DNA of 62,576 nt, the filler included, from Asterionella formosa (taxonomy: Eukaryota): assembly GCA_002256025.1 (NCBI GenBank). It is 25 parts of 25 records of this genome, joined end to end, with 100 filler letters (N's around TTAATTAATTAA, not from the genome) between each part and the next. Parts side by side here need not be neighbours in the genome. Positions count along the whole stretch, not along the records: positions 22,621 to 25,028 come from NKIB01015303.1; positions 25,129 to 27,536 come from NKIB01015304.1; positions 27,637 to 30,044 come from NKIB01015305.1; positions 30,145 to 32,552 come from NKIB01015306.1; positions 32,653 to 35,059 come from NKIB01015307.1; positions 35,160 to 37,566 come from NKIB01015308.1; 19 more parts are not named here. The stretch is one strand, 5' to 3'. A program made the position numbers and the translations under genes. Shown piece after piece: positions 22,621-35,286 of this stretch. How positions within the stretch are numbered: the stretch's first letter is position 1; the number at the start of each line of letters is the position of its first letter. Under the pieces are notes generated by a model. It was not told where the DNA came from, searched no databases, and worked only from the letters and a program-made list of their open reading frames with translations.

Positions 22621-24700
22621 TTTTACATGACCATCACTCTGGTAAGTACAACAAAGTTCACTTCTACATATTGATATCAAAAGACAAACAACAGGTACTG
22701 ATACATTCATTCTCATAACAGTTTCCATCTATATGACTATGTCCAGCCCTAGAAGGGCTGGATGCTCTTTAGGGAAGACGCCTAGAGGCATCTACCCTTT
22801 TCCCTGTCCCTGACCCTAACAGATTTGTCTATGGATCAGTACACACGTGAAATTGGTTAGTACCTGGGGTTTGGTACCAGGACATCTGTTTAGTCACATG
22901 CATGGAGTAATATTGGCCGTATTGGTACGTGGTACCTTGTTGTTCTATCCAGTAGCATGTCCAAAAAAATCTCCGAGGTAAAGTGTAGTCAAGACAGTAT
23001 TGGTCTTGAGAGCCTTGGCTCCGTCAACACCAATTGAATTCTCATAGAGATAAAGTGTAGTCAAGACAGTATTGACCTTGAGAGCCTCTGCAATGGCCTT
23101 GGCTCCGTCATCACCAATTGAATTACTACTGAGATTAAGTTCAGTCAAGACAGTATTGACCTTGAGAGCCTTTGCAATGGCCTTGGCTCCATCATTACCA
23201 ATTGAATTAGCTCGGAGATGAAGTTTAGTCAAGACAGTATTGACCTTGAGAGCCTCTGCAATGGCCTTGGCTCCGTCATCACCAAATGAATCAACTCTGC
23301 GACTAAGACCAAGTGTAACAATTTTAGTCAAACTTGAATCATTCGCTTTCAACCGCTTGACATATTTTTCCCATGTATCATCCCAGTTAGGCATTGTCAA
23401 TATAGTCTTGAATGTAATGGAAGTTGTCTATTGTGATTGACGAGCGACTTTTTTCTTGTTGTTGTCGTCCAATATTGCTACTGTCACTACTTCCAGGAGC
23501 AAGGGACAATCAAATCCTGATTCATCATCAGAATCGGACGACCATGACACTGAGTTGGATCCATGTAGTGACGAGTGAAAGCTATTTCTGACTTGAAGGA
23601 GGCAACCTCATTTATTAGACAAGACTAAGCTATGTTTGCATGGCTGGTCACCGTGATCTTGGTCTCGCTGCTGCTCAAGTGCTTGCATGCTTGATGGATT
23701 CTGGAAAGAACCTTTGTTGGGATCATTGAATCTAACTTATCACAAGAAAGGAACCTCGATTATCGAATGGCCTGATGTGAGAAGCGGCCTAACAAATCAT
23801 CGTCAATGACCACATTGAAACCACACAAATACGACTATTCATATGTAGTCTGCATACCGGTATTCGCCTGTGCTGTGTTGTACCTCTTCATCACCACGGG
23901 CATATGTTGTTCCCTACCGGTATTATAAAATTACGTGGTGTGAGGTAACAGGGTGGCGCCAGTCCCTGGTATCAGGTACAAGATACCCAGAACACCCATG
24001 GATCTACTGGTACGCCCAGGTACCAGTTGTACGTGGAGCACCGTCTGAAATAATATATACAAGGTATGTACTGCACTCCTTGCCATCATGAACAACAGCC
24101 GTGAGGAATGGTTGAGCTGGATGGGAGTTCCGGGAAAGTCCGAATACTATTGCGAACATTTGTCCACACATGCACACTGCTGTATGTAACATAAACCATA
24201 CAAAACTGTTAGGGTTGCAAATATACCGGTTGACTACGTACGTATCGGTACATCGGTACCATACAGGTAGACTCCCGGTAATAAATGTATACAACAAAGA
24301 TATGTGTACAAAGTAGCATACACAGTAGCCGGTATGTAGTTGAACTATACTACAATCACAAATCAAAATTGCATGCAGTTACTACTAATACTGCATGCAT
24401 GCATCCTCATAAGAATACTGATATTTACCAGGCACAGTACATGGGAGTCGACATCAAAAACAATGTGCCCACGGAATTGCAAAACCAAACCAAAAAGAAA
24501 TAGCGAATATTTCCACTCCACCAGGTCATTCAGGACGCACCCGCGAATGCGAATTATATATATATATATATTACATGCATAACATTATAATAATTTGTAA
24601 CATTTTTACATGACCATCACTCTGGTAAGTACAAAACAGTGCCCTTCTACATATTCATATCAAAAAACAAACAACCGGTACTTACACATTCATTCTCATA
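22621..24700. repeat. Diverged 97-bp direct repeat (22621-22717 and 24604-24700), probably transposon 3' region copies
   Basis: ttttacatgaccatcactctggtaagtacaa...cattcattctcata occurs twice. Confidence 0.8.
22945..23394 (-). CDS. RI-like (NLRC3-like) LRR protein with four 28-aa/84-bp repeats; the last repeat is broken, so it may be truncated or a pseudogene
   Basis: RLKANDSSLT cap, then DDGAKAIAEALKVNTVLTxLxLxxNSIG repeats; same DNA unit as 12575-12660. Confidence 0.8.
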   Translation of the reverse strand: MPNWDDTWEKYVKRLKANDSSLTKIVTLGLSRRVDSFGDDGAKAIAEALKVNTVLTKLHLRANSIGNDGAKAIAKALKVNTVLTELNLSSNSIGDDGAKAIAEALKVNTVLTTLYLYENSIGVDGAKALKTNTVLTTLYLGDFFGHATG

Positions 24701-24847
24701 TGGCTGGAATCATGCTCAGAGTACATATAGTAGCCACCGTAGCCCTAGTATGATAGATAATTAGCATAGGGAATATTTTATGGATAAATATATTCATGCA
24801 TGAGTTTACGTAATGTTGACAAGCATATAACAACATCAGCGATCGCT

Positions 24848-25027
24848 TTATTCATCTACATTCATTACAAACTTGTAATCGAAGTCCAAGGCACATCGAT
24901 GTGTTTTCATCTTCTTTATAAGGTTGTCGATTTCGACAGGGCCATGCTTGGATCGCTGCTGTTGCAGTTCTGGTTCAAATAAGCCAGAATCAAGAGCATG
25001 GTAAGCCAACATGTACTGGCGAGCTCG
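24848..25027 (-). mobile_element. C-terminus of a Tc1/IS630-like DDE transposase (partial)
   Basis: RARQYMLAY...IDNLIKKMKTHRCALDFDYKFV*, a C-terminal motif I recall from diatom Tc1/IS630-like transposases (unverified). Confidence 0.55.
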
Positions 25028-25522
25028 TNNNNNNNNNNNNNNNNNNNNNNNNNNNNNNNNNNNNNNNNNNNNTTAATTAATTAANNNNNNNNNNNNNNNN
25101 NNNNNNNNNNNNNNNNNNNNNNNNNNNNTATCTAAATGCTAGTATGGCTTGTCAGCTCACGCATTGTTGTTGATAACAGGCAGGGACAATGAGGTCCGGA
25201 ATGAAAGTTGTTCTGGTAAGATTACCGCGCTATTTTGACGGCTATATGAGCAACGTTACTGATAACTCACACTGATCTTCCTCTACATTCAATTGACGTT
25301 GCAGCAAACCCTTTCAATTCAGGAGCATTTGGATGAAATCCAGGATTGAGTATTGATGCTTTCTGATTCTGTGTTAATGTCATATGATAACAGGGCTCTG
25401 TAAATCATGAGTTGTTTGTGTGCCTTGGCGTGCTGTTTGTCATGCTGGCAGCTGCTGCTGTATTTCTACTGAATTATTGAACGACTATGCGAATCTTTAT
25501 GTGCCAGTTGTTCAATAATTCA

Positions 25523-27536
25523 TTATAAATACAGCAGGGAGTAGTAAATTTGTTGTTGTGGTGGTGTTGCCGGTGGAGGATGAAAATATGGCTGCTGATA
25601 GGAATAAACAACATTGTTTGGTGGGGGAGGGGGGCCGGGATGGTAGATTGCATGTTGTGCAGGAGGCGGCAGACCAGAACTGTATATGTGTTGAGGAGTT
25701 TGAAGCAGATGGTGGGAGTAGTAGTGGATGGGAGCTCCTGGAGGATGAGCATGAGGAGTTGGGTTGGTAGAGGAGGGCAACAAAACAACTTTACAATCAA
25801 CAATAGGATCGTCAATGGGAATGGAAATTTCAGCCGATTTCTTGACATCAGGAGGAACAACTGCAAGGTCGGAAGAATATTTCTCGGGAGTTTCATGCTG
25901 GTCCTCATTGTCTTCAAATTTTTTAAAAACTGCTAGCGTTGCTTGATGCTGCATTTCCTTTGATGGCAGCTGGTATCTGGCATTGATTTCAGCTGATCCA
26001 TGCCTGGATTTGTCGAGAATTATTTTTGTAGGTAAGGAAACACTAGAGTTGACAAGGGAAGAGATCATACTCTTCCTCCTCCCATGGGCAGTGCAACGAG
26101 CAGCATTATCCATGCCCGCAGCTGTTGCTAGGTCGACACATAGTCTTGTAGCATAGCCTTTACCAAAACAGTCTCACTTCTTGTGTCCTGCCTTGTATGT
26201 TAGCCCTAGCTTGCGTCGGTTCTTAGTGATGGATATACGAGGAGCCATGTAGAAAAAGACGCACATGAGTTAGTCCATAGTATGCACAACAAATCACCAG
26301 TACAAATTTGGCACCAGGCATAATGAATCACCGGTGTTTCCAAGGGATTACACACATAATTTACATACCTTGAGTTCCTTCTCAGGAGCGCGTCGCCGAA
26401 AAAACGGTTGGTTGCTAGTTACCATCTCGGGCGAACAGAGGTTATCCCGGTAGTGATGTATTAATTTCACTATGAATGTAGGGTTGCCTGTATCCTCGAT
26501 CATAGTTCGTTCCTGTAGACCTTGGTACTTCCGCTCATTATTTTGCAACGTCAGGGCATTATTTTTTTCGACTTCACTTGGATGTAGCACGACAGTTCGT
26601 AATCCGTCCATCAAACCAACTGTCACCTTATTGAATGTCAAGTCGCACATTTCTATCGACCCTCTGACACCAAACGCTTTGCCCATTTTCCATACCATGG
26701 ACTTGAGGCAATCATCATAATTAAGCTAAGGCTGCATTTGGAGTGTTCGTAGCTTCCTGTCCTCGTCTTGATCGAACTGTGATGCCATGGGCTTGTGGCC
26801 ATATTCCAATGGCCGGTGCTTGGCAGCAATTGCCATATTTTTTGAAAAGAATGCTTGAATCTCACCCTCACCATTGAAATCCTTCGACAGGGAATATGGT
26901 ATGCCTTGGGGGGAGAAGCATCGGAAGAGATCTTTCAGCTTGGTTTGGGCGGTGTTCGGTTGGTACATTGCCGTTGCAATGGCTTCGTCAGAAGCACTTT
27001 CGAGAATGAGGGGCGATTTTTTCTTGAAGAATTTGGTTGCAAACCAAAGTACAGCAGTGTTGTTGATTTCCTTGGTGGCGTTGCGTCTTAGCCCACGACA
27101 GATTAGACAGAATCGACGGATTGGTTGGTTGCCATTGTCAGGATCATTGTCGAAAGAAGTAAGCGAGCTCAAGGTTTCATTCTCGACAAGGGATTCAAAA
27201 AACCTTGATTCAATGATGGTAAGTGACTTGGTGTATTTGATTGTGTTATGCGACAGGTTTCTAATAGAATTTGTTTGTTTTGTTGACCCGAAAACATTAT
27301 TGCTGGATCGAATTGCATTGGCATAGTCTTCAGCAGTTGAGTGAGACATTGGAATCCGGGAGTCAGCACGATGAGCATGAGGAGCAATGATGGAAGCAGG
27401 TAACAAGTGCCTTGAATCGGAATCAGATGTGCTAGTAGTACTGTTGCAATCATCCTCAGAATCATGACAATCAACAGAGCTGGGTCTATCAATGTCAGAA
27501 TTGGGTGTTTCTACAACATTGGATGAGTTCACAACT
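25523..27536 (-). pseudogene. Crypton-like tyrosine recombinase (DUF3504-like), copy 1; intron 26222-26368; nonsense codons at 26726 and 26174
   Basis: Catalytic pattern R (FGVRGSIE), HxxR (TAHGRRK), H (SRHGS), Y (NARYQ); splicing joins APEKELK|NRRKLG in frame. Confidence 0.85.
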
Positions 27537-27643
27537 NNNNNNNNNNNNNNNNNNNNNNNNNNNNNNNNNNNNNNNNNNNNTTAATTAATTAANNNNNNNN
27601 NNNNNNNNNNNNNNNNNNNNNNNNNNNNNNNNNNNNTTCTACA

Positions 27644-30044
27644 ATGACAACGGGAACTAGAAGCCGTCGTTTCTCTCAAAGAGCAGTGACAAATACTGCT
27701 AAGCGCAAAGTGCAAGATGATAACCGGCGTGCTGCATTGGCAATGTGTGCACTAGAAAGGAAATGCAAGACGATAACCGGCGTGCTGCATTGGCAATGTG
27801 TGCACTAGAAAGGAAAAAGAAGCTTGGGTATGTTGTTGATTGGTGTGTGCTTCCGCCCATGCTGGCTGACCGAATTGTCGATTTCATCCTAACATACTCT
27901 TCAATTCATTACATTCTTCAGCTTATTGGAACGGAATGAGGTTGTTGCAAATGCTGCAAGTATTCCCAAAGCAGCCATTGATTGGAACGAAGAAATAGAA
28001 AGGTGCGTTTGTTGTTGATTGTTGCATAATTTTGCTTCCATTTTGATTCATCTATCATTGATGATGCGATCACTCACAGTCGCATTGTTTCCTTTCCGGT
28101 CATTGTCAGCTTTAAAGAACCTTCTAAAAGCAATGTTTCTACAGTTGTGAACTCATCCAATGTTGTAGAAACATCCAATTCTGAGATTGATAGACCCAGC
28201 TCTGTTGATTGTCGTGAATCTGATAATTGCAACAGTACTACTAGCACATCTGATTCCGATTCAAGGTACTTGTTACCTGCTTCCATCATTGCTCCTCATG
28301 CTCATCGTGCTGATTCCCGGATTCCAATGTCTCACTCAACTGCTGAAGACTATGCCAATGCAATTCGATCCAGCAATAATGTTTTCGGATCAACAAAACA
28401 AACAAATTTTATTAGAAACCTGTCGCATAACACAATCAAATACACCAAGTCACTTACCATCATTGAATCAAGGTTTTTTGAATCCCTTGTCGAGAATGAA
28501 ACCTTGAGCTCGCTTGCTTCTTTCGACAATGATCCTGACAATGGCAACCAACCAATCCGTCGATTCTATCTAATCTGTCGTGGGCTAAGACGCAACGCCA
28601 CCAAAGACATCATCAACACTGCTGTACTTTGGTTTGCAACCAAATTCTTCAAGATAAAATCGCCCCTCATTCTCGAAAGTGCTTCTGACGAAGCCATTGC
28701 AACGGCAATGTACCAACCGAACACCGCCCAAACCAAGCTGAAAGACCTCTTCCGATGCTTCTCCCGCCAAGGCATACCATATTCCCTGTCGAAGGATTTC
28801 AATGGTGAGGGTGAGATTCAAGCATTCTTTAAAAAAAATATGGCAATTGCTGCCAAGCACCGGCCATTGGAATATGGCCACAAGCCCATGGCGTCACAGT
28901 TCGATCAAGACGAGGACAGGAAGCTACGAACACTCCAAATGTAGCCTTACCTTAATTATGATGATTGCCTCAAGTCCATGGTATGGAAAATGGGCAAAGC
29001 GTTTGGTGTCAGAGGGTCGATAGAAATGTGCGACTTGACATTCAATAAGGTGACAGTTGGTTTGATGGACGGATTACGAACTGACGTGCTACATGCAAGT
29101 GAAGTCGAAAAAATAATGCCCTGACGTTGCAAAATACTGAGCGGAAGTACCAAGGTCTACAGGAACGAACTATGATCGAGGATACAGGCAACCCTACATG
29201 CATAGTGAAATTAATACATCACTACCGGGATAACCTCTGTTCGCCCGAGATGGTAACTAGCAACCAACCGTTTCTTCGGTGACGCGCTCCTGAGAAGGAA
29301 CTCAAGGTATGTAAATTATGTGTGTAATCCCTTGTACACACCGGTGATTCATTATACCTGGTGCCAAATTTGTACTGGTGATTTGTTGTGCATACTATGG
29401 ACTAACTCATGTGCGTCTTTTTCTACATGGCTCCTCGTATATCTATCACTAAGAACCGACGCAAGCTAGGGCTAACATACGAGGCAGGACACAAGAAGGG
29501 AGACTGTTTTGGTAAAGGCTATGCTACAAGACTATGTGTCGACCTAGCAACAGCTGCAGGCATGGATAATGCTGCTCATTGCACTGCCCATGGGAGGAGG
29601 AAGAGTATAATCTCTTCCCTTGTCAACTCTTGTGTTTCCTTACCTACAAAAATAATTCTCGACAAATCCAGGCATGGATCAGCTGAAATCAATGCCAGAT
29701 ACCAGCTGCCATCAAAGGAAATGCAGCATCAAGCAAGGCTAGCAGTTTTTGAAAAATTTGAAGACATTGAGGACCAGCATAAAACTCCCGAGAAATATTC
29801 TTCTGACCTTGCAGTTGTTCCTCCTGATGTCAAGAAATCGGCTGAAATTTCCATTCCCAATGACGATCCTATTGTTGATTGTAAAGTTGTTTTGTTGCCC
29901 TCCTCTACCAACCCAAATCCTCATGCTCATCCTCCAGGAGCTCCCATCCACTACTACTCCCACCATCTGCTTCAAACTCCTCAACACATATACAGTTCTG
30001 GTCCGCCGCCTCCTGCACAACATGCAATCTACCATCCCGGCCCC
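27644..30044 (+). pseudogene. Crypton-like tyrosine recombinase, copy 2; introns 27828-27921, 28003-28079, 29307-29453
   Basis: ATG at 27644; GT-AG introns restore the frame. Lesions differ from copy 1: 53-bp duplication 27711-27816, stop at 28942, frameshift near 29110, stop near 29280. Confidence 0.85.
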
Positions 30045-30754
30045 NNNNNNNNNNNNNNNNNNNNNNNNNNNNNNNNNNNNNNNNNNNNTTAATTAATTAA
30101 NNNNNNNNNNNNNNNNNNNNNNNNNNNNNNNNNNNNNNNNNNNNCAAAATCCTACAGTGTAGTTGTTGTGATCATCTGGAGCATCCTGCATCATGTCGTC
30201 TCAACCTTGACCATGACGAAAATAGCGGAAATCTCTAGGAAAATTGAGAACGACGCTCTCCTGTTAGGAACATATATCAATCACAACAAAGGCAATACAA
30301 CCGTAAGAGAATAGTTGCAATGGCATTGATAGTAACAGCGAAAACTGCAATCGCCGATGGCACAATTTTTCTACATAATCTATAGCTGCTCAAATCAAAA
30401 CGACGCTGTTGCGAACAGATTTGACATTTTTGCAGTTGCTGAGCAATGAACGACTATAACAATAACATGATTAGTTGAAGCAAAAAATTGTTAAAATAGT
30501 TATTCATCAAATAAGAAAGATTGATTGTACCAACGGCATTTGTGGATGCGGATATCGGCGCCAACAACTGCTTGTGCTGTTTGTTCTTTGGCAGTCGATA
30601 TCAAGGGAAAATGTGATAGAGGAAAAAATAATAATTGAATCGAAATTAGGTACTCTTTACTTAATCATGTGGTGAGACCAGCATAATATTGCCGTGAAGT
30701 GGCGTAATTTCACCATTATACCGTTATGAGGGCTAGTTGGAAAAAAATATTGTT

Positions 30755-30938
30755 GCGAACTCACATAATTATTGGTTTGATCACATAATTATTAGATAAG
30801 TAGAATAAATTTTGTTTTAGAACACATAAATTTTAGTTTGACCCAAATAAATTCACAAAAAAGTAGCATAATATTTTAGAAAAGTAGAATAAAAACGTCA
30901 CTTTAGACATAAATTTGAAAAAGTGCCGCAAACGGCGT
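30755..30938. mobile_element. Putative non-autonomous DNA element end (Harbinger-like, TTA flank) with a degenerate ~21-bp internal array, interrupting a Copia LTR
   Basis: Periodic cacataa/gaataaa units ending in gtgccgcaaacggcgtc|tta. Confidence 0.4.
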
Positions 30939-30944
30939 CTTAGC

Positions 30945-31407
30945 TAGATGTGACCTTCTTGTTCCATAGAATTCCTCACCATGACTGTTGGTCATGCAGA
31001 CTGTGCAGTCATTACAGTACTAGATATACTACTGTCTGCTAACAGTAGTCGATTATCCTCAACATCCTCCCTCCAACATTCAAGATTCCCAATTCTTATC
31101 CTTGCTGCATGCTCTGTGTGCAACTTCTCTGGACAGTTCTTGCTTAGTATGTCAGCTGAGTTCTCTTCCCATCGTACAAACAGAACCATCAAATATCCTT
31201 GAACTACAAGTTCTCGGATAAAATGTGCCCTGATATCAATATGCTTTGTCCGTGCACCCACATGTTGGTTCTTTACCAAATAGATAGCTCCTAAATTGTC
31301 TTTGTATACACCCTCTACCAATTTCTTCTCTTTTTGAAATTGCATCACTTCTTCAAGTAGAATGGATGTGAACTTGTTCTCGCATGCTCCTTTTGCCAAA
31401 CTGATAT
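30945..31407 (-). mobile_element. Ty1/Copia RNase H C-terminus, polypurine tract (31074-31065) and start of the 3' LTR (TGTTGAGG at 31064)
   Basis: DNLGAIYLVKN...RTKHIDIRAHFIRE...NSADILSKN...WREDV; GGAGGGAGGA directly before TG. Confidence 0.9.
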
Positions 31408-32552
31408 GAGGCGTTCGCTTCCACCCCACCAAGGTGGGGACAGTTACAAATGCCCCAATCCGACACCGAACTATCAAAGCCAGTCCTGCTTGGCCGTTGG
31501 GACTGCCCCCCACACGTGACCGTGTGAGTGGATGCTTGTCAAATCCGGCTCCCTCATACCACACTGTGCGGGCCCCCGACGGACGAGTCAAGTTCCGTCG
31601 GATCCCACACTCTCTCTCTCAAAAATGCATGCTTTCACTACCTCAGCCAGTACCTTTGGTTCCAGGCTCTGCCATCCAGCACCCAAGTACCTCTCCACAA
31701 TAGATACCGGTGCATGGGGGAGCGCATAGCGTTTCAGCCAGCGCGGAACCCCCGAGCACCATGTCCATTTCTGACTTCGGAATGGTCTTAGGACCAATTC
31801 CTGAAGCCAGGTTTTGAGACCTAAGGCCTTGGCATAAGCTCTGGCCCGTCGGGCACCCGCCAAGGCACACATTGGCAACATCCGTGCCTCCTTCCAAAGG
31901 CCTACTGATGGCACATCCCCTGCCCTCCTGGCTCCAATGCTAGCCCTAAGGCATCGGTTCAGAAGAACCTGCATTTTGTCCGTAAGGTGACGGTTCATAC
32001 CAAACAGCTCAGCCCCAAAAAGGAGGCGGGGGGCAACTACTCCTGCAACAGTCAGCAAACGCATGGCCATTGGTACCACCGGGCACCGTAGAAACGGTAC
32101 CAAGGTGGCAATTGTGGCCCGCCCTTGCTTGACTCTATGGTCCACCATAGACGAGATAGACAGACCTGGTGTCATGAGGACACCCAGATACATATATCTG
32201 TCCACAACAGGGAGTGGAAGTCCCTCCAGTTCCAGTCCAGCCACATCTTGTCCAGGGACAAGCGGTTCGGTGGCCGAACCTGGGTCTGGCGGTAGGAATT
32301 CCATCAGCCCGCACTTCCCTATGCCCACACTCATCTCGTTAGCTGTAACCCAGTTGGTAACGTGCGTACAGAACCGTTTGGCCGCCTCCAGGGAGGGGCA
32401 GATTCCGGCCGCATCATCAGCAAAGAGGGTACATCCCACTGTCAGTGTGGGTGTGGAGTTCCGCCATGTGCGACTGTCCCCAGTTGGTACCAGGGCACCG
32501 CTCTCCTCCGTCCCCACTGCCAAGTCATCAATGAAGATGTTGAACAGTATAG
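31405..32552 (-). mobile_element. Second copy of the LINE RT, 3'-truncated, frameshift near 31615
   Basis: Near-identical to 3732-4877 with scattered substitutions. Confidence 0.95.
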
Positions 32553-32652
32553 NNNNNNNNNNNNNNNNNNNNNNNNNNNNNNNNNNNNNNNNNNNNTTAA
32601 TTAATTAANNNNNNNNNNNNNNNNNNNNNNNNNNNNNNNNNNNNNNNNNNNN

Positions 32653-33738
32653 CGCTGGAGTCGGTACAGCAACAGGAACTGGCGCTGGTGCCGACGTTGG
32701 CATAACAACAGGGGTCGGTGCAGGAGTTTTAGGTTTGAAACGATCACAGACGTAATTTCCGTTTTTGCAGACACAGGTCCTTGTACCGTTTTTCCCGTTT
32801 CTAGTTAGATCGTATAAGCATGTGCGGTTACCGGCACAGGGGATTACCTCGTTCCGTTTCGGGGGATTCGGAGGACAAGTGAAAGGATTGTTGCAGACAA
32901 ATGATGAGTCTTTGCAGACACAGGTTATTGTCGCGTTTAATCCGCGTCTGGTTATAGGGTATAAACACCTGAGGTCACCGTCACATGAGATTGTTTGGGT
33001 CTTTTTCGGACGGTTGGGAGGGCAAAGGTTTGTGATAGGACTTGAAGTTGGTCCGGAAGGAGCAGATGGAATAGGTGGTGCAACGGTAATGGGTACCACG
33101 GTTGGTGCGACAACCGGAACTGGTCCTGGAGTTGGAGCAACAACCGGAACTGGTGCTGGAGTTGGAGCAACAACCGGAACTGGTGCTGGAGTTGGAGCAA
33201 CAACCGGAACTGGTGCTGGAGTTGGAGCAACAACCGGAACTGGTGCTGGAGTTAGAGAAGAATACACTGGGCTCATAGCTGGACTGTCGACAGGACTTGG
33301 TGGAGGAGTCGAAATTCCTGGTGGTGAGGCAAGGAGCGGTGCTGGAGTTGGATCAACAACAGGAACTGGTGCTGGAGTTGGAACGGTAACAGGAGTTGGT
33401 GCTGGAACAATAGCAGGAGTTGGTGCAAGAGACCAAGTATCAGCGGGGCTCATAGCTGGACTGTCAACAGGAGTTGGTGGAGGAGTCGAAATTCCTTGTG
33501 GTGAGACTAGGAGTGGTGCTGGAGTTGGAACCATACCTGGAACTGGCGCTGGAGTTGGAAACATATCGGGAGTTGGTGCAGGCGTGGGAACATCAGCCGG
33601 AGTGGGTGCCGAGGTCAAAGGCACAACGGGAGCAGAAGTTGTCATAACAACGGGAATCGGCCAAGGACTAGCCTCTGCCAGGGCACCGCTGGTGACAAGG
33701 CAGAGCCCCACGGCGATTTCGGTGATGCAAAACTTCAT
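32653..33738 (-). CDS. Secreted Pro/Thr/Val-rich (mucin/extensin-like) protein with two 6-Cys modules, 3'-partial
   Basis: Signal peptide MKFCITEIAVGLCLVTSGALA; PVPVVAPTPA repeats (30-bp tandem ~33105-33252); CP..P.....C....C.Y.........C.C.....C twice. Confidence 0.85.
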
Positions 33739-35159
33739 CTTTCATGCAAGTTGTGTCGACTCTCGAAATTTTGTCCACTGAGGTGGAGAATCAATTCACG
33801 CTGGGTGTCTGATCTGTTTTATGAACATAAACTATGGAATGATTCAACAAATACCTGTTGCTTACCCCTTTTTTAACAATACAATCGACCTCCCTTATAT
33901 GAAAACAAACCCAGATCACGCCCAAGGAGTTTTCATTTAAATTCGATCAAAAAGGATGGCAACCTCGATTCACCGTATACAAATATGCATCTACACATTG
34001 AACCATGTAATTTTCCCACTGTATACCACAGAGTGCATCTACCAGTAGGTATTTGGTATAGCTTTTACCTTCCTTTGAAATATATCTCGTCCACGAAAAC
34101 AGCTAGTGAAAAGATTGTGATAGACGTGTCAAAACGGGTTCATGGATCAGAATCTGCCATATTAATTAGTATGTATAATAATAGCCCATAGATACACTTG
34201 AACAAAAATTTGATGCGAGCAATAGTTTAGGTCACATTAAAGCCCGATCCGGGGGCGCCTACCGGTATATACATTTATTATGAACTCCTGCATGTGCAAT
34301 CCTAAGCTGACGATAACAGGCGTTCATAGTAAATTTGTTGACGTTTCATTTGAGCCCTTTGCCAGAACCAAAATTTTAGCCCTTATCGTCATTACTTTTC
34401 TCGCGATAATTCCTTTTCAGTTTATTTAGGATCATAATTGTAGAATCTTTGATTCAGACGAATGCAGAACTATTGGCCAAAATAAAATTAGAGCCTTTTT
34501 CCTCCATCATAAATGATTGATGTATTTCTTTGGAATAAATAGATGAGGGTCACTAACTACTATGTGAACCAGCGCCAGCATCGCTAACCCGTTACTACAG
34601 TACCGGTACAGACGTCCTTTCCGGATGTGTGAATGAACTACCTGGTTACTTCTGATCTTCCCAATCCATGTACCCGTGTCGGTATCGGTACCGGAATCTT
34701 TTAGAAATATTGTCACGATTTGTATTGAAATATTGTTGGGTGTCGTAAATAATGAAAATTCAGAACCTTACGTAACGATAGTAAATCCTGTCATTCGGTT
34801 TTGGCGTGTCCCCCAGGTAACATGTCATATGACATAATGGCATTGGTAATAAACAACCGGTAATGTGTGTCGGCTGACTAACACAAGCAACCATGCCAGT
34901 ACCGGCAGACAAAATCTTCCGGTCCTACGGGATTATTTATTTAAGAAGGCAAAAATTTGATTTACCACACTTACCCATACCACATGGAAGACCTGTTGTT
35001 ACAGGTAGGATTCGGATGCCAGGGCAATACAAAATGGAATTTGCCGCCACAAGATTATTNNNNNNNNNNNNNNNNNNNNNNNNNNNNNNNNNNNNNNNNN
35101 NNNTTAATTAATTAANNNNNNNNNNNNNNNNNNNNNNNNNNNNNNNNNNNNNNNNNNNN

Positions 35160-35286
35160 CCACCTTGGATCCCTACAAGATCCACCACCTTGGATCCCTA
35201 CAAGATCCACCACCTTGGATCCCTACAAGATCCACCACCTTGGATCCCTACAAGATCCACCACCTTGGATCCCTACAAGATCCACC
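35160..35286. repeat. 25-bp minisatellite, at least 5 exact copies (runs off the contig)
   Basis: Unit ccaccttggatccctacaagatcca with an internal tggatc/gatcca hairpin; a degenerate copy lies near 35327. Confidence 0.95.

Noticed and set aside
25129..30044. Divergent pair of recombinase genes resembling an invertible cassette
   Set aside because: The copies are on different contigs; their relative orientation is arbitrary.
32765..33781. 338-aa Gly/Thr/Val-rich ORF on +
   Set aside because: Antisense shadow of the Pro-rich secreted protein; the same applies to shadows over the LINE, Copia and contig-1 ORFs.
35160..35286. CRISPR-like palindromic repeats
   Set aside because: Units are directly adjacent with no spacers, there are no cas genes, and the context is eukaryotic.
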